Positions 19,242-29,192 of a stretch of DNA of 64,000 bases are shown piece by piece. Position 1 is the stretch's first letter. Each line of letters starts with the position of its first letter. Under the pieces are notes generated by a model. That model saw only the letters and a list, made by a program, of their open reading frames with translations. It was not told where the DNA came from and did no database searches. Source of the DNA: a candidate division WOR-3 bacterium (GTDB lineage Bacteria > Hydrothermota > Hydrothermia > JBDRYB01); assembly GCA_039803205.1 (NCBI GenBank), contig JBDRYB010000001.1, positions 377,913-441,912 of the forward strand. Direction: 5' to 3'. A program made the position numbers and the translations under genes.

Positions 19242-19907
19242 TCAGGACCTCAGCGCGGTGAGCCACAGGGCCAAGGTTATTGCCCTCGGCACATCAAGCC
19301 ACCCCCTTATGTGGCTCTTTTCGCCCTGGTATATGACCTCTATGGGCACATGCGCGAGCCGAAACCCCTTCCAAAGCGCCTTAACCAGCAGTTCGGATTC
19401 CGTCTGAAACCTGGATGTTTTAAGGGAAACCGTTCGGAGGACATCCGTCTTTATTAACCTGAAGCCAGATTGGCTGTCGGGTATCCGGGTTCGGGTCATT
19501 AGGGATATAGCGAGGGTGGTTGTCCTGTTTGATAACCAGTTTGCCAGGGGCATCCCAATGAAGGGTTTCCTCGAGCCGATAACGATATCAGCCCCCTCAG
19601 ATGCCTTAATGAGATCCGGGATCCTCTCCGGAGGATGCTGACCATCAGCATCCAGGGTGATCACGAAATCGTAGCCCTCAGAGATCGCTACCGAGAAGCC
19701 CTCCCTGAGAGCAAATCCCTTTCCCCTGTTCCTCTCAAGCCTGAGAACCCCAGCACCAGCCCCTTTGGCGACCCGAGCCGTATCATCCTCAGAACCGTCA
19801 TCTATCACGAGGACATCTCCGGCGGGGAAGCTCTGCCGAGCCCTCCTTATGACATCTGAGATCCGCTCAGCCTCGTTGAAGGCTGGGATGAGGACGAGGC
19901 CTTTCAT
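19242..19907 (-). CDS. Glycosyltransferase family 2 (polyprenol-phosphate glycosyltransferase-like)
   Basis: IPAFNE, DDGSED, GKG, DADGQH, DSQSGFR. Confidence 0.92.
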   Translation of the reverse strand: MKGLVLIPAFNEAERISDVIRRARQSFPAGDVLVIDDGSEDDTARVAKGAGAGVLRLERNRGKGFALREGFSVAISEGYDFVITLDADGQHPPERIPDLIKASEGADIVIGSRKPFIGMPLANWLSNRTTTLAISLMTRTRIPDSQSGFRLIKTDVLRTVSLKTSRFQTESELLVKALWKGFRLAHVPIEVIYQGEKSHIRGWLDVPRAITLALWLTALRS

Positions 19908-19945
19908 TGCCAAATTGCGATCCGGGTTTGCACGATAGCCTGCCC

Positions 19946-21370
19946 TTACCCCCTTTTTATGACCGGGATCTCTCCTGCCTCAAGGTATCCCTTTCCCCAA
20001 TCTATATCATCCATGTTGTATCTCACGCCATCAACTATGCTCTTAGCCGCTAGTATTCCTGTCTCAAACGAGTGATCCATCAGATTGTATCTGTGCCTGC
20101 CGTTCCTGCCGATGAGATACAGGTTCTCAAATCCCTCAAGCCAGGAAAGAACTACCGAAAGAGGTTCTCTATAACCAAGATCCCAGACCGGATATGCCTC
20201 CGGAACCCGCGTCACTTCCCAACCCATAACATCTTTTTTGCTGATAAACCCGAATTCACGCTCTATGAAGTCCACGGTTCCATCCGCGAGCGCCTTATCC
20301 TCAGATCTCCATACGCCATCCCCCCGGAACACGAAATACTCAACAGGAAGCGAGGTGACGGAATCATCAGGAACCATCCATCTAGACCAGTTCTTTGGTT
20401 CGTGCCACCTGCCAAAAGGAACCCTGAGCTCCGGGAAGTATATCCAGGAATCCGAGGTGACATTCGGCTTTGCTATTTTCAGGAATACAATGAGGAGGTC
20501 TCGGAATCTCAGCTTCTCTGCCGCGGTCATGACCTCTTTGGGCGGTGAGGGTCTCATTGCGGCCAGCATTGCTGGCAAAGGAATAGAGCCTATCGTGTGG
20601 TCAACCATGAACTCCTCGTTCCCGGCCGCCACCGATATGATTCGCCTGTCCTTCCACCTGATCTCCTGGACGGGCGCGTTGAGAACAACCCTGCCCCCTT
20701 TCTCTTTGATGAAATCAGCGAACCTCTCGGATATTTCCCCTATGCCATATCTCGGATAATAGAACCTATCTATTATGGTTGCGAGCTCTGCGCCCTTTTC
20801 CTTTTTTGGGAAAAGGGCCTCTTTTAGCGCTGTCGTGAGGGACAACCCCCTTATTCTCTCTGCGGCCCAGTCCGCTGAGATCTCAGTTGGCTTGAGTCCC
20901 CAAACCTTTTCAGTGTATTCCTCAAAGTTGAAACGATAAAGCCCCCTACCGAAACGCTTGACAACCCAATCCTCAAAAGAGACATCTGGCTTGTGGCTGT
21001 ATGCCGTCTTTGCCCAAATGTAATCCAGCAAAAATCCAGCACCCCTGAAAACGCTCAGCTTCCTGAGAACATCCCCTATCTTTATGGGGTAGAGGAAAAA
21101 CTTGCCCTCCTTGTATATCCTTGAAACCCTCACTGGCATGAGTAGGTCATCGCCCAGTATCTCAGCGACCATCTCCAGGAGAACACGGTTCTTCGTGAAG
21201 AACCTGTGGCCGCCCATGTCGTATCTGAAGCCATCAGGAGTCAGCTTTGTCCGGGAGATGCCGCCGACGAAGTCCTGCTTCTCAATTACAACTGGTTTGA
21301 CCCCTGCCCTTGCCAGGAAATAAGCGGATGAGAGACCTCCTGGCCCTGCGCCGAGGATTACGGCATTCAT
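19946..21370 (-). CDS. FAD-dependent oxidoreductase (protoporphyrinogen oxidase/UDP-galactopyranose mutase-like)
   Basis: GAGPGGL, GGISRT, DMGGHRFFTK, YTEKVWG, GRNG..RY..MDHS. Confidence 0.85.
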   Translation of the reverse strand: MNAVILGAGPGGLSSAYFLARAGVKPVVIEKQDFVGGISRTKLTPDGFRYDMGGHRFFTKNRVLLEMVAEILGDDLLMPVRVSRIYKEGKFFLYPIKIGDVLRKLSVFRGAGFLLDYIWAKTAYSHKPDVSFEDWVVKRFGRGLYRFNFEEYTEKVWGLKPTEISADWAAERIRGLSLTTALKEALFPKKEKGAELATIIDRFYYPRYGIGEISERFADFIKEKGGRVVLNAPVQEIRWKDRRIISVAAGNEEFMVDHTIGSIPLPAMLAAMRPSPPKEVMTAAEKLRFRDLLIVFLKIAKPNVTSDSWIYFPELRVPFGRWHEPKNWSRWMVPDDSVTSLPVEYFVFRGDGVWRSEDKALADGTVDFIEREFGFISKKDVMGWEVTRVPEAYPVWDLGYREPLSVVLSWLEGFENLYLIGRNGRHRYNLMDHSFETGILAAKSIVDGVRYNMDDIDWGKGYLEAGEIPVIKRG

Positions 21371-21423
21371 GGGAAAATTATAATGTAGGCGCGGGTCCCG
21401 GTGCCCGCGCGGTCACGAACCAA

Positions 21424-22072
21424 TCAATCGCTCACTCCCCCGAACATCAATGTCCCCGTCACCAAGGGAACCATCTGGGATGGCTTTGGCGCGCCAACAA
21501 CATCCCTTCCTTCAACCTGCCACTCCCCTATCATTGGCGAGTAGATCATTTGTCCCTTGATGGCTATGCCGATTATAGCGCCTTCGCCTTGGCCTGTCGC
21601 CATGGGGATGTTGAATTGAGCGCTGAGCGCGCTGGTTGCCGAGAGGCCACCGCCCCCAAGGGTAGCGCTGTAGCGAGGGTTGGCGAGAAGGCTGTCAAAA
21701 TTCTGCCCCCCTTGGACCGGAACCAGGTGAAGGGTGTAACCCATGCCGCCCAAGCCAAATGTAGGGTAGAGCCAGAGCCAATCCAAGGGCGCGAAAAGCC
21801 AACCTATCTCAAAGAAACCTCCGCCTACGCTGAGCTCCGCGGTCGCCGAGTCGGACTCGGTTTTCGGGTAGCTCGCGCCGAAACCGCTGCCGCCGATGAG
21901 AAGCTTGCTTGCTATAGCATAGCCGCCGCCCATGACCAGTCCATAGGAGGACAATGGGTCATAGCCCTGTGTCTCGAGCCTGGAGCTTATTGCAGAGTTG
22001 TCCCAGAACGAGGCCCCTGATGTGAAGCCTCCCATTCCGCCTCCTACTGATAGGAGAGCTATAAAAAAACAT
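21424..22072 (-). CDS. Outer-membrane beta-barrel protein; SD-linked ATG is out of frame by one base in a T7 tract
   Basis: Gly/aromatic beta strands; GGAGG-N5-ATG(22072)-T7. Confidence 0.55.
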
Positions 22073-22135
22073 TTCAACCTCCAAGAGGGAATATTATGGG
22101 GCAGAAGGACGCTCCCGTGCATTATCATTTAACCT

Positions 22136-22567
22136 ATGGTCAGGTTCAGCATATCCATGGATGAGGAGAGCGCGGCGCAGTTGGACGAACTCGTCAAAGA
22201 AAGGGGCTATGCTAATCGCTCCGAGGCCGTGAGGGACATGGTGAGGAAGGCGCTCCTTGAGGAAAGGTGGGAAAAGGGAGGCGAGGTCTTGGGGGTCCTG
22301 ATCACGGTGTTCGATCACACAAAGAGGCTCATCCAGGAGAGGATAACCGAGGGGTATCACAAGCACCACGAAGCGGTGATAACGACCCTTCACCTTCACC
22401 TTGACGACCGAAACTGCATGGAGGTGTCCGCGATAACGGGCGAGGCCGGAGCTGTGAAGAGGGTCGCGAAGGACATTCTGAGAAGGCCGGGGCTCATTTT
22501 CGGAAAGCTGGTGCCGGTCGCTAGACCAGAGGGGTCAAAATTGTCCAAGGCCAAACATAACCATTAA
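22136..22567 (+). CDS. nikR: Nickel-responsive regulator NikR
   Basis: RFSISM...GYANRSEAVRD ribbon-helix-helix; HLHLD..CMEV Ni site. Confidence 0.9.
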   Translation: MVRFSISMDEESAAQLDELVKERGYANRSEAVRDMVRKALLEERWEKGGEVLGVLITVFDHTKRLIQERITEGYHKHHEAVITTLHLHLDDRNCMEVSAITGEAGAVKRVAKDILRRPGLIFGKLVPVARPEGSKLSKAKHNH

Positions 22568-22577
22568 GCTTTTCCCC

Positions 22578-23597
22578 ATGTCCGATGACTATGGCTACAT
22601 AAACGCGCGAATAAGGGCCAGGTTCGCAAGGCTACTCCGGCCAGAGGACTACGAAAGGCTCCTTTCGGCCGAGGATCTGTCAGCGTTCTTTCGCGAGCTC
22701 AAGGAAACCCATTACGGCCCATCCCTGCCATCCGGAGACGGAGGCATTGAGGCAATACTCCTTGGGTTGAGGCGCCACCTTGAGAAGACCGTTTCGGAGG
22801 TCCTTGGTTTTTCAGATGGGGAACCGGGTGACCTGTTCAGGATAATCCTCGGGCGCTGGGATGTCCAGAACCTAATCACGGTTCTCAGGGGAAAGACGCG
22901 CGGGCTTCCGGCCGATGAAATAGCGAGAGACCTGGTCCCGCTTGGTTCTCTTGACAATACACGGCTCTCGGAATTGCTGAAGGAGGAGACCCCCTCGGAT
23001 GTCTTGGACAGGCTTGCTTCCTGGAACATATCCCTGCCGATCAAAATAACGAGGGATCTGACGAGATTCGTGAGGGATGGGGATATCGCATCAGCGGAGT
23101 TCTACCTCTACGAGGGATACCTCGGATGGGCACGGGAGCGCCTCGGCAGGAAGGAAAATGGAGCAATGGTCCGCGAGGTCCTCGACAGCCTTTCGGATAC
23201 GAGAAACATCGTTGGAGTGCTAATTTACCTCAAGAACCGCATTAAACCCGCGGGCAGGGTAAGGTTTTTGCCTGGAGGCAAGCTCGGGCCGCACATTCTC
23301 AGAAAGCTTGAGAGGTGCGAGACATACGAGGATGGCGTGGCAGTGCTGAGGGAAACGATATACAAATCCGCGTTCCCCAGGCCCGATACCCCTCTGGCTG
23401 AGGCGGAGAGAAGAATAGAGATAGAGGCCCTCAGGTCTGCGCTCTCAAAGAGGCTCCACGCGGACCCTCTCGGAATAGGAATAGGGCTATCCTTCCTAAA
23501 GGCACAGGAAACAGAGGTGATAAACCTCAGGACAATAGCTTTGGGGATCGCCTATGGCGCTGACAGGAGGGAGATAAGGGAGGCTTTGATCCTGTAG
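22578..23597 (+). CDS. V/A-type ATP synthase subunit C (orphan)
   Basis: DYGYINARIRA...LL, RWDVQNL..VLRG, E.EVINLRTIA. Confidence 0.85.
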   Translation: MSDDYGYINARIRARFARLLRPEDYERLLSAEDLSAFFRELKETHYGPSLPSGDGGIEAILLGLRRHLEKTVSEVLGFSDGEPGDLFRIILGRWDVQNLITVLRGKTRGLPADEIARDLVPLGSLDNTRLSELLKEETPSDVLDRLASWNISLPIKITRDLTRFVRDGDIASAEFYLYEGYLGWARERLGRKENGAMVREVLDSLSDTRNIVGVLIYLKNRIKPAGRVRFLPGGKLGPHILRKLERCETYEDGVAVLRETIYKSAFPRPDTPLAEAERRIEIEALRSALSKRLHADPLGIGIGLSFLKAQETEVINLRTIALGIAYGADRREIREALIL

Positions 23598-23956
23598 CGC
23601 CTGGGGGTCCATAGCGGTGGACAAAGCTTATGTTCAGGGGGGTGCTCATCATCGCGCCTCCCCACATGCCTGCTATGAATCCCCAGTAGTAGAACGGCCT
23701 CGGATTATAATAGACGACAGCATCCTCTCGGGCTTCCTGACAGGTATCAGCGGGAACCAACGATGGAGTCCCTGCCAGAGCAAGTAAAACGAGCGAGGTC
23801 CAGGGTTTCATTTGCTTCCTCCTGATGTAAGGGCCATTATGGCAATCATTCCCGCGTAAAGAGCCATTCCAGCAACAACGCCCACTGTTACATCCCTCAT
23901 CTGCATGTTTTGGATTTCGTGATCTTCCACGGGGTTATGCTTTATAATATACCCCT

Positions 23957-24844
23957 ATGCCAGTAATTGAACGCTTTGAAACCTTAATAGAGATGGCGAA
24001 GGCCAAAAGGGAGGTTAAGGTGGTTGTTCCCTCCCCTGAGAGTGAGAACCTGATAGAAGGGCTCGCCATGGCCTCCCACCTGGCATATCCCATCCTAGTT
24101 GGGGACGAAAAGAAGATAAAACCCCTTTTGGAGAAGCACAAGCTTGAAGCAGATGTCGTGGATGTCCCTGGGCTGAATGAGGCCCTTTACAAAGCCATGG
24201 AGATAGTGCGTGAAGGCGGAGCCGATATGATCATGAAGGGAAAGGCGGATACCCCGACATTCATGCACGCTGTCCTTGATAAGGAAAGGGGCATAAGGTC
24301 AGAAAAGCTCCTATCCCATGTGACATGCTTGGAGATACCGGGTTATCACAAGCTTCTTTTCGTCACGGACGCTGGAATAATCATAAGGCCAACCCTTGAG
24401 CAGAAACTCCACATGATGGATAACCTCCTCGGTGTCCTCAGGAAGCTCGGCTACGACAGGCCAAAGATAGCCATGCTCACGAGCCTTGAGGTTCCAAACC
24501 CTGACATGCCGGAGAGCCTTGAGGCCGCTGCTATGGCGAAGTTCGCGGAGCGGGGCTACTTTGGCTCAGCCATAGTTGACGGCCCTCTTGCGCTTGATGT
24601 GGCCCTTGACAAGTGGTCGGCTGAGATCAAGGGCCTCTCAGGCGAGGTGATGGGGGACGCGGATGTGCTTTTCGTTCCTGATGTGATCACTGGTAATACC
24701 TTCTGCAAGGCCATGGTCCTGTTCGCCAACGCTAAGATGGGAGGGTTCATAACCGGAGCAAGGGTTCCCATCGTGTTCCTTTCCCGCTCGGACACCCCTG
24801 AACGCAAGCTTTATTCCCTAGCCTTTGCTGTGGCCGCAAAATAG
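23957..24844 (+). CDS. ptb: Phosphate butyryltransferase / phosphate acyltransferase
   Basis: MKG..DT, LLSHV, VTDAG, VDGPLALD, P....GN, SRSD. Confidence 0.88.
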   Translation: MPVIERFETLIEMAKAKREVKVVVPSPESENLIEGLAMASHLAYPILVGDEKKIKPLLEKHKLEADVVDVPGLNEALYKAMEIVREGGADMIMKGKADTPTFMHAVLDKERGIRSEKLLSHVTCLEIPGYHKLLFVTDAGIIIRPTLEQKLHMMDNLLGVLRKLGYDRPKIAMLTSLEVPNPDMPESLEAAAMAKFAERGYFGSAIVDGPLALDVALDKWSAEIKGLSGEVMGDADVLFVPDVITGNTFCKAMVLFANAKMGGFITGARVPIVFLSRSDTPERKLYSLAFAVAAK

Positions 24845-25068
24845 AGCCTGTTTGTGCCTTCGGTTGCAGTCATTTCAGAACGGAAAACTCTATTATTTCC
24901 ATTCTCTTCATACAAGGCCTCCCTGGGCCACTACGGCCCCAAGGGTTTGAGAGCCTTGCAGGATGAGGGTTTCAGAGGGGAGGAAAGTGTGAGATCTCAG
25001 CTCCGGAGGCGCTTGCAATTCAGGTAGGAAGTGGGTTATAATATCATCAATCATCATGGAGGTGTAGG

Positions 25069-25899
25069 ATGTTTCTAGTTTTGATCAGTCAGATCGTCCA
25101 AAGCGGCAGTTTCGTCCTTGATCTGGGCACAGGCAGGCTAATATCGGAACCGGTGAGCGAAGCAGAGGCTCAGGCTTTTCCACCCCCGCAGGAGATCCTG
25201 CAAAACACCGGGTTTGAGACGGGTTCACTCGCACCGTGGTATCAAGGCCCCGGGAACCACTGGGTCATCACGACCACCTTTCCCCACTCAGGCACATACT
25301 GTGCGACCGACACTGGTAATTACTGGATAAGGCAGGACTTCACCCAGCCGGTTCCTACCGAAAGCATCGTATCCATAACCATATGGAGCAGACAGGCCCC
25401 ATTAGGAGGCGGAGGAAGATTCCTGCAGGCCTTTGACCTTATGTATTCTGACCTGACCTACTACGAGAATGTCGTATATCCTGACCCAACCTGGCGGCAG
25501 TGGAACATAACCAGCTGGCTCACCATGGGCAAGCAGTTGTCAGGTCTAAGGATATGGGGTTTCTGGTGCTCTGACCCATACGATGATTCAACCTACATAG
25601 ACGACATAAGCATAATAGCCAACATGCCCCTTGAATTGGAGGGGGCCAGCCCAGGGCTTCCTATCGCTACCCTATCCGCGTGGCCCTCGGCATTCTCCCA
25701 AACCTGCCGTGTTGATGTGAATGCCCCCTATGAGGCGAGGCTTTGCCTTTATAACTCGTCTGGCGTGTTGGTTCAGGAGCTCTGGCGCGGCCGGGGAAAG
25801 GGAACCGTGTGGATAGGCTCTGAGCTTGGGCCCGGGGGCTACTTCTTGATCTTGGACTACGGGAGAGGAAGGCTCTATAAGAACATAATAAAGAGATGA
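25069..25899 (+). CDS. Secreted CBM-like protein with T9SS-type C-terminal domain
   Basis: NTGFETG..PW...YIDDISI jelly-roll; C-terminal LYNSSG...GGYFL...KNIIKR. Confidence 0.7.
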   Translation: MFLVLISQIVQSGSFVLDLGTGRLISEPVSEAEAQAFPPPQEILQNTGFETGSLAPWYQGPGNHWVITTTFPHSGTYCATDTGNYWIRQDFTQPVPTESIVSITIWSRQAPLGGGGRFLQAFDLMYSDLTYYENVVYPDPTWRQWNITSWLTMGKQLSGLRIWGFWCSDPYDDSTYIDDISIIANMPLELEGASPGLPIATLSAWPSAFSQTCRVDVNAPYEARLCLYNSSGVLVQELWRGRGKGTVWIGSELGPGGYFLILDYGRGRLYKNIIKR

Positions 25900-25907
25900 G
25901 ATAACGC

Positions 25908-26366
25908 TTACAGGTATTTGGTTATCTCAAATAGCTCTTGGTCCTGTGCCTTAAGCAGGTAATTTTCAATCTCCTTCTCAACCTCCTCGCACTCGCCGAA
26001 AGAGGATTCTATTCGCTTCCTGACATCGTCCTTGAGCCTTACGGTTATCACCCTTATGCCGCGCTCGTCCTCAAGCTCAGCCCTTGCCTCACAAGAATCC
26101 ATGTCCTCGGTGGAGATGTTCCCTTTTCCGAGGGTGCATCCGGTTGAAAGTTGAACTCCATCAACGAAACACGAGACAGGCGGCCTTGCCGCGAAACAGC
26201 GGACCCTCAGAGGCCATTGGCCTCTTGTGTTCAGCTCTTTCAGGATGAGGGCGCCCATCCTTAGCCCGACTATTAGAAAGGAACCCCTGTGGCCGTGGAA
26301 GGAGGTTGCCCTGCTGAGGCCCTCCTCGGTCATCCAAAAGTCCGGATCCGTTGTGTGCCACATCAT
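25908..26366 (-). CDS. FmdE-family protein
   Basis: FHGH...CFVDGVQ..TGCTLGKGN. Confidence 0.85.
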   Translation of the reverse strand: MMWHTTDPDFWMTEEGLSRATSFHGHRGSFLIVGLRMGALILKELNTRGQWPLRVRCFAARPPVSCFVDGVQLSTGCTLGKGNISTEDMDSCEARAELEDERGIRVITVRLKDDVRKRIESSFGECEEVEKEIENYLLKAQDQELFEITKYL

Positions 26367-26517
26367 AGCTAAATTGTAACACTAGACCACATTGGGGTTC
26401 AACAGCGCACAATGCCCCTCTTTTCATCTTGGAAATACTATGGCCTGGGCTCGGATTTTTGTGGCCGGGCGCGACAACTTGCAAAACATCCTCTGATACC
26501 TTTATAATTAACGAGTA

Positions 26518-26931
26518 ATGTCTTATCGGCTTCTTCATCATACATCCGACCTCGGGATTGAGGTATGGGCTCTTAACAAAGATGAGCTTTTCTGCGAGGC
26601 CGCGAGGGCCTTGTTTTCGGAGGTTGTAAATGATCTCATCTCCGTGGAGCCCAGGATAACAAAAGAGATCACCCTAAAAGAGGAGGCGGCCGAGGACCTT
26701 TTGAAGGAGTGGCTTTCTACCCTTCTATATTGGATGGATACGGAGGGCCTTCTGTTCTCGGATTTTCAAGTCAAGATCAATGAAAACGGGCTTGAGGGAG
26801 TAGTAAAGGGTGAAAAGATGAGCATGAAGAGGCACAAACTCAAACGAGTAGTTAAGGGAGTGACATACCACAACCTGAGCCTAAGGGAAGAGCCTTGGGG
26901 ATGGGTGGCGACCATAGTCTTGGACATATAG
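26518..26931 (+). CDS. Archease
   Basis: HTSDLGIEV, VKGVTYH, IVLDI C-terminus. Confidence 0.92.
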   Translation: MSYRLLHHTSDLGIEVWALNKDELFCEAARALFSEVVNDLISVEPRITKEITLKEEAAEDLLKEWLSTLLYWMDTEGLLFSDFQVKINENGLEGVVKGEKMSMKRHKLKRVVKGVTYHNLSLREEPWGWVATIVLDI

Positions 26932-26944
26932 GAAAAAGAGAGAA

Positions 26945-29077
26945 ATGGGAACGCAGAGGCTTATCTCTGAGGAAGACATTCTTTCTCAGCTAAACCCTCA
27001 GCAAAGGGAGGCTGTTCTGGCAACTGAGGGGCCGGTATTGGTGATAGCGGGTGCTGGCTCAGGGAAAACCAGGGTATTGACCTATAGGATAGCTTATCTG
27101 GTTGGGGTAAAGGGGGTCCCTCCAGAAAACATCCTCGCGGTGACCTTCACGAACAAGGCCGCAGACGAGATGAAGGAAAGGGTGAAGAACCTGCTCAGGG
27201 GGGTTGCTGAGCTGTCCGGCCTTTGGGTAGGGACATTCCACTCAATGTGCGTCAGGATGATGAGGCCATTCGCGGAAAGAATAGGTTACAAGCCAAACTT
27301 CACCATATATGACAAAGAGGATCAGATCGCCTTGCTAAAGGAGATACTCTCCGATTACAGCGATCAGAATCCCAGAACCGCCTCATCGGTTATCTCAAAG
27401 ATGAAGAACCTTGAGGGCTATGAACCGGAGGACGACAGGTTTTACTACATATACCAGGCATACCAGAATGCGCTTCTGGAGCAGAACGCCATGGATTTTG
27501 ATGACCTCATCCTAAACGCAATAAAGCTCCTCAGAGAGAATCCGGATGTCCGACTGAAGTACGCCGAGCGCTTCAGATACATCCATGTGGACGAGTATCA
27601 GGACACCAACAGGCCCCAGTATCACCTCTTGGTTCTTCTCTCGTCGGTTCACAGGAACCTATTTGTTGTTGGAGACGAGGACCAGTGTATCTACTCCTTC
27701 CGGGGTGCAAACATAAACAACATCCTGGGCTACGAGGAGGATTTTCCCGATTGCAGGGTTTTCAAGCTGGAAAGGAACTATCGCTCAACAAAGAAGATCC
27801 TCGCGGCCGCGAACGCCGTGATAGTCAATAACACCCAGCGCAGAGGAAAAACCCTCTGGACAGAAAACCCTCCCGGCGCCAATGTTCTAGTCATCCCCGC
27901 CGAGGACGAAAGGGACGAGGCACTGCGTGTTGCCGAGAAGATAAGAGAATTCCTTGAGGAGGGGTTCACGCTTTCGGATATAGCGGTCCTTTACAGGACC
28001 AACGCGCAGAGCAGGGCTTTTGAGGAGGTCCTGAGCCTCCAGGGTCTCAGGTATGAGATGCGTGGGGCTCTGAAGTTCTACGAGCGGAAAGAGGTGAAGG
28101 ACATTCTGGCTTACATGAGGCTTATTGTGAACCCGAGGGATGATGTTTCCCTGAGAAGAATAATAAATGTGCCTCAGAGAGGGATAGGCAAGAGGACCAT
28201 GGATAGGATCGCCAAGCTCGTTGAGGAGCTGCGCCCAGAGCACCCTGATATATGCACGAGGGAGGTGATATCCAGGCCAAGGCTTCTTGAGACCCTTGAC
28301 ATAAAGCCATACATCCTCGTTTCCTTGTCAAATTTCAACAGCTTGATGACAGAGTTGGAAGCGCTCGGTCCGGACGCGGGTGCTGATGTGGTTATAAAAA
28401 GTATAGTTGAGAAAACCGGATACCGAGAGCACCTTTTCACCAATTACCCCACGGATGAAGCAGAGGAACGGTGGGAAAATGTCCTGGAACTAATGGGAAC
28501 CGTTGAGGATTATGTGAAGTCCGCGGATGACATTTCTCTTAAGGGATTTCTTTCCACGGTATCGGTGAGAACAGAGCTGGACGAAACAGGGAGTCAAGCC
28601 AATGCCGTGACCCTGATGACCTCCCATGCGGCCAAAGGGACAGAGTTCCCTATTGTTTTCGTGACAGGGCTTGAAGACGGCATATTTCCTCATCACTCCT
28701 CTAAGGAGGATGGCTCATACGAGGAGGAGAGAAGGCTCTTCTATGTGTCCATGACCAGAGCTATGAAACACCTCGTTATTACATACGCTCGGCGCAGATA
28801 CATCCGAAGGGGGATGAACCTACAGCCATCCCCGTTTCTCAGGGAGCTTCCAGAAGAGGTTACCGAGTGGGCAAACAAGAACGCTGAGATGGCCGTAAGG
28901 ATGGTGAAGGAGGAGGACTTCTATCCTGGCCAGAGGGTCAGGCATCCCAAGTTTGGGAGGGGCATTGTCCTTGAATCTTATGACGGCAAGATCTTGGTGG
29001 ATTTCGGTGGCGCGGGCATAAGGACAATAGTTAAGGATTTCCTGAGATTGGAGGGATTAAACCCCCAGAGCGAATAA
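26945..29077 (+). CDS. pcrA: ATP-dependent DNA helicase PcrA/UvrD
   Basis: AGAGSGKT, TFTNKAA, DEYQD, LERNYRS, HAAKG.EF, EERRLFYV..TRA, C-terminal HPKFG. Confidence 0.95.
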   Translation: MGTQRLISEEDILSQLNPQQREAVLATEGPVLVIAGAGSGKTRVLTYRIAYLVGVKGVPPENILAVTFTNKAADEMKERVKNLLRGVAELSGLWVGTFHSMCVRMMRPFAERIGYKPNFTIYDKEDQIALLKEILSDYSDQNPRTASSVISKMKNLEGYEPEDDRFYYIYQAYQNALLEQNAMDFDDLILNAIKLLRENPDVRLKYAERFRYIHVDEYQDTNRPQYHLLVLLSSVHRNLFVVGDEDQCIYSFRGANINNILGYEEDFPDCRVFKLERNYRSTKKILAAANAVIVNNTQRRGKTLWTENPPGANVLVIPAEDERDEALRVAEKIREFLEEGFTLSDIAVLYRTNAQSRAFEEVLSLQGLRYEMRGALKFYERKEVKDILAYMRLIVNPRDDVSLRRIINVPQRGIGKRTMDRIAKLVEELRPEHPDICTREVISRPRLLETLDIKPYILVSLSNFNSLMTELEALGPDAGADVVIKSIVEKTGYREHLFTNYPTDEAEERWENVLELMGTVEDYVKSADDISLKGFLSTVSVRTELDETGSQANAVTLMTSHAAKGTEFPIVFVTGLEDGIFPHHSSKEDGSYEEERRLFYVSMTRAMKHLVITYARRRYIRRGMNLQPSPFLRELPEEVTEWANKNAEMAVRMVKEEDFYPGQRVRHPKFGRGIVLESYDGKILVDFGGAGIRTIVKDFLRLEGLNPQSE

Positions 29078-29103
29078 AAACCCGGGGACACAATTACCCC
29101 AGG
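29074..29103 (-). terminator. Intrinsic terminator-like hairpin
   Basis: Minus strand CCTGGGG-taattgtgt-CCCCGGG followed by TTTTT. Confidence 0.55.
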
Positions 29104-29192
29104 CTCAGTTCATGTGGAGAAGCCAATAGTCAGACAATATTCCAACTATACGAGACTATTGGGCTCCGCCAACCGTTCCTCTACGAGTCTCG

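Noticed and set aside
29101..29190. Lysine riboswitch (GTAGAGG start on minus strand)
   Set aside because: Too short, lacks the other conserved elements and lies 3' of a gene
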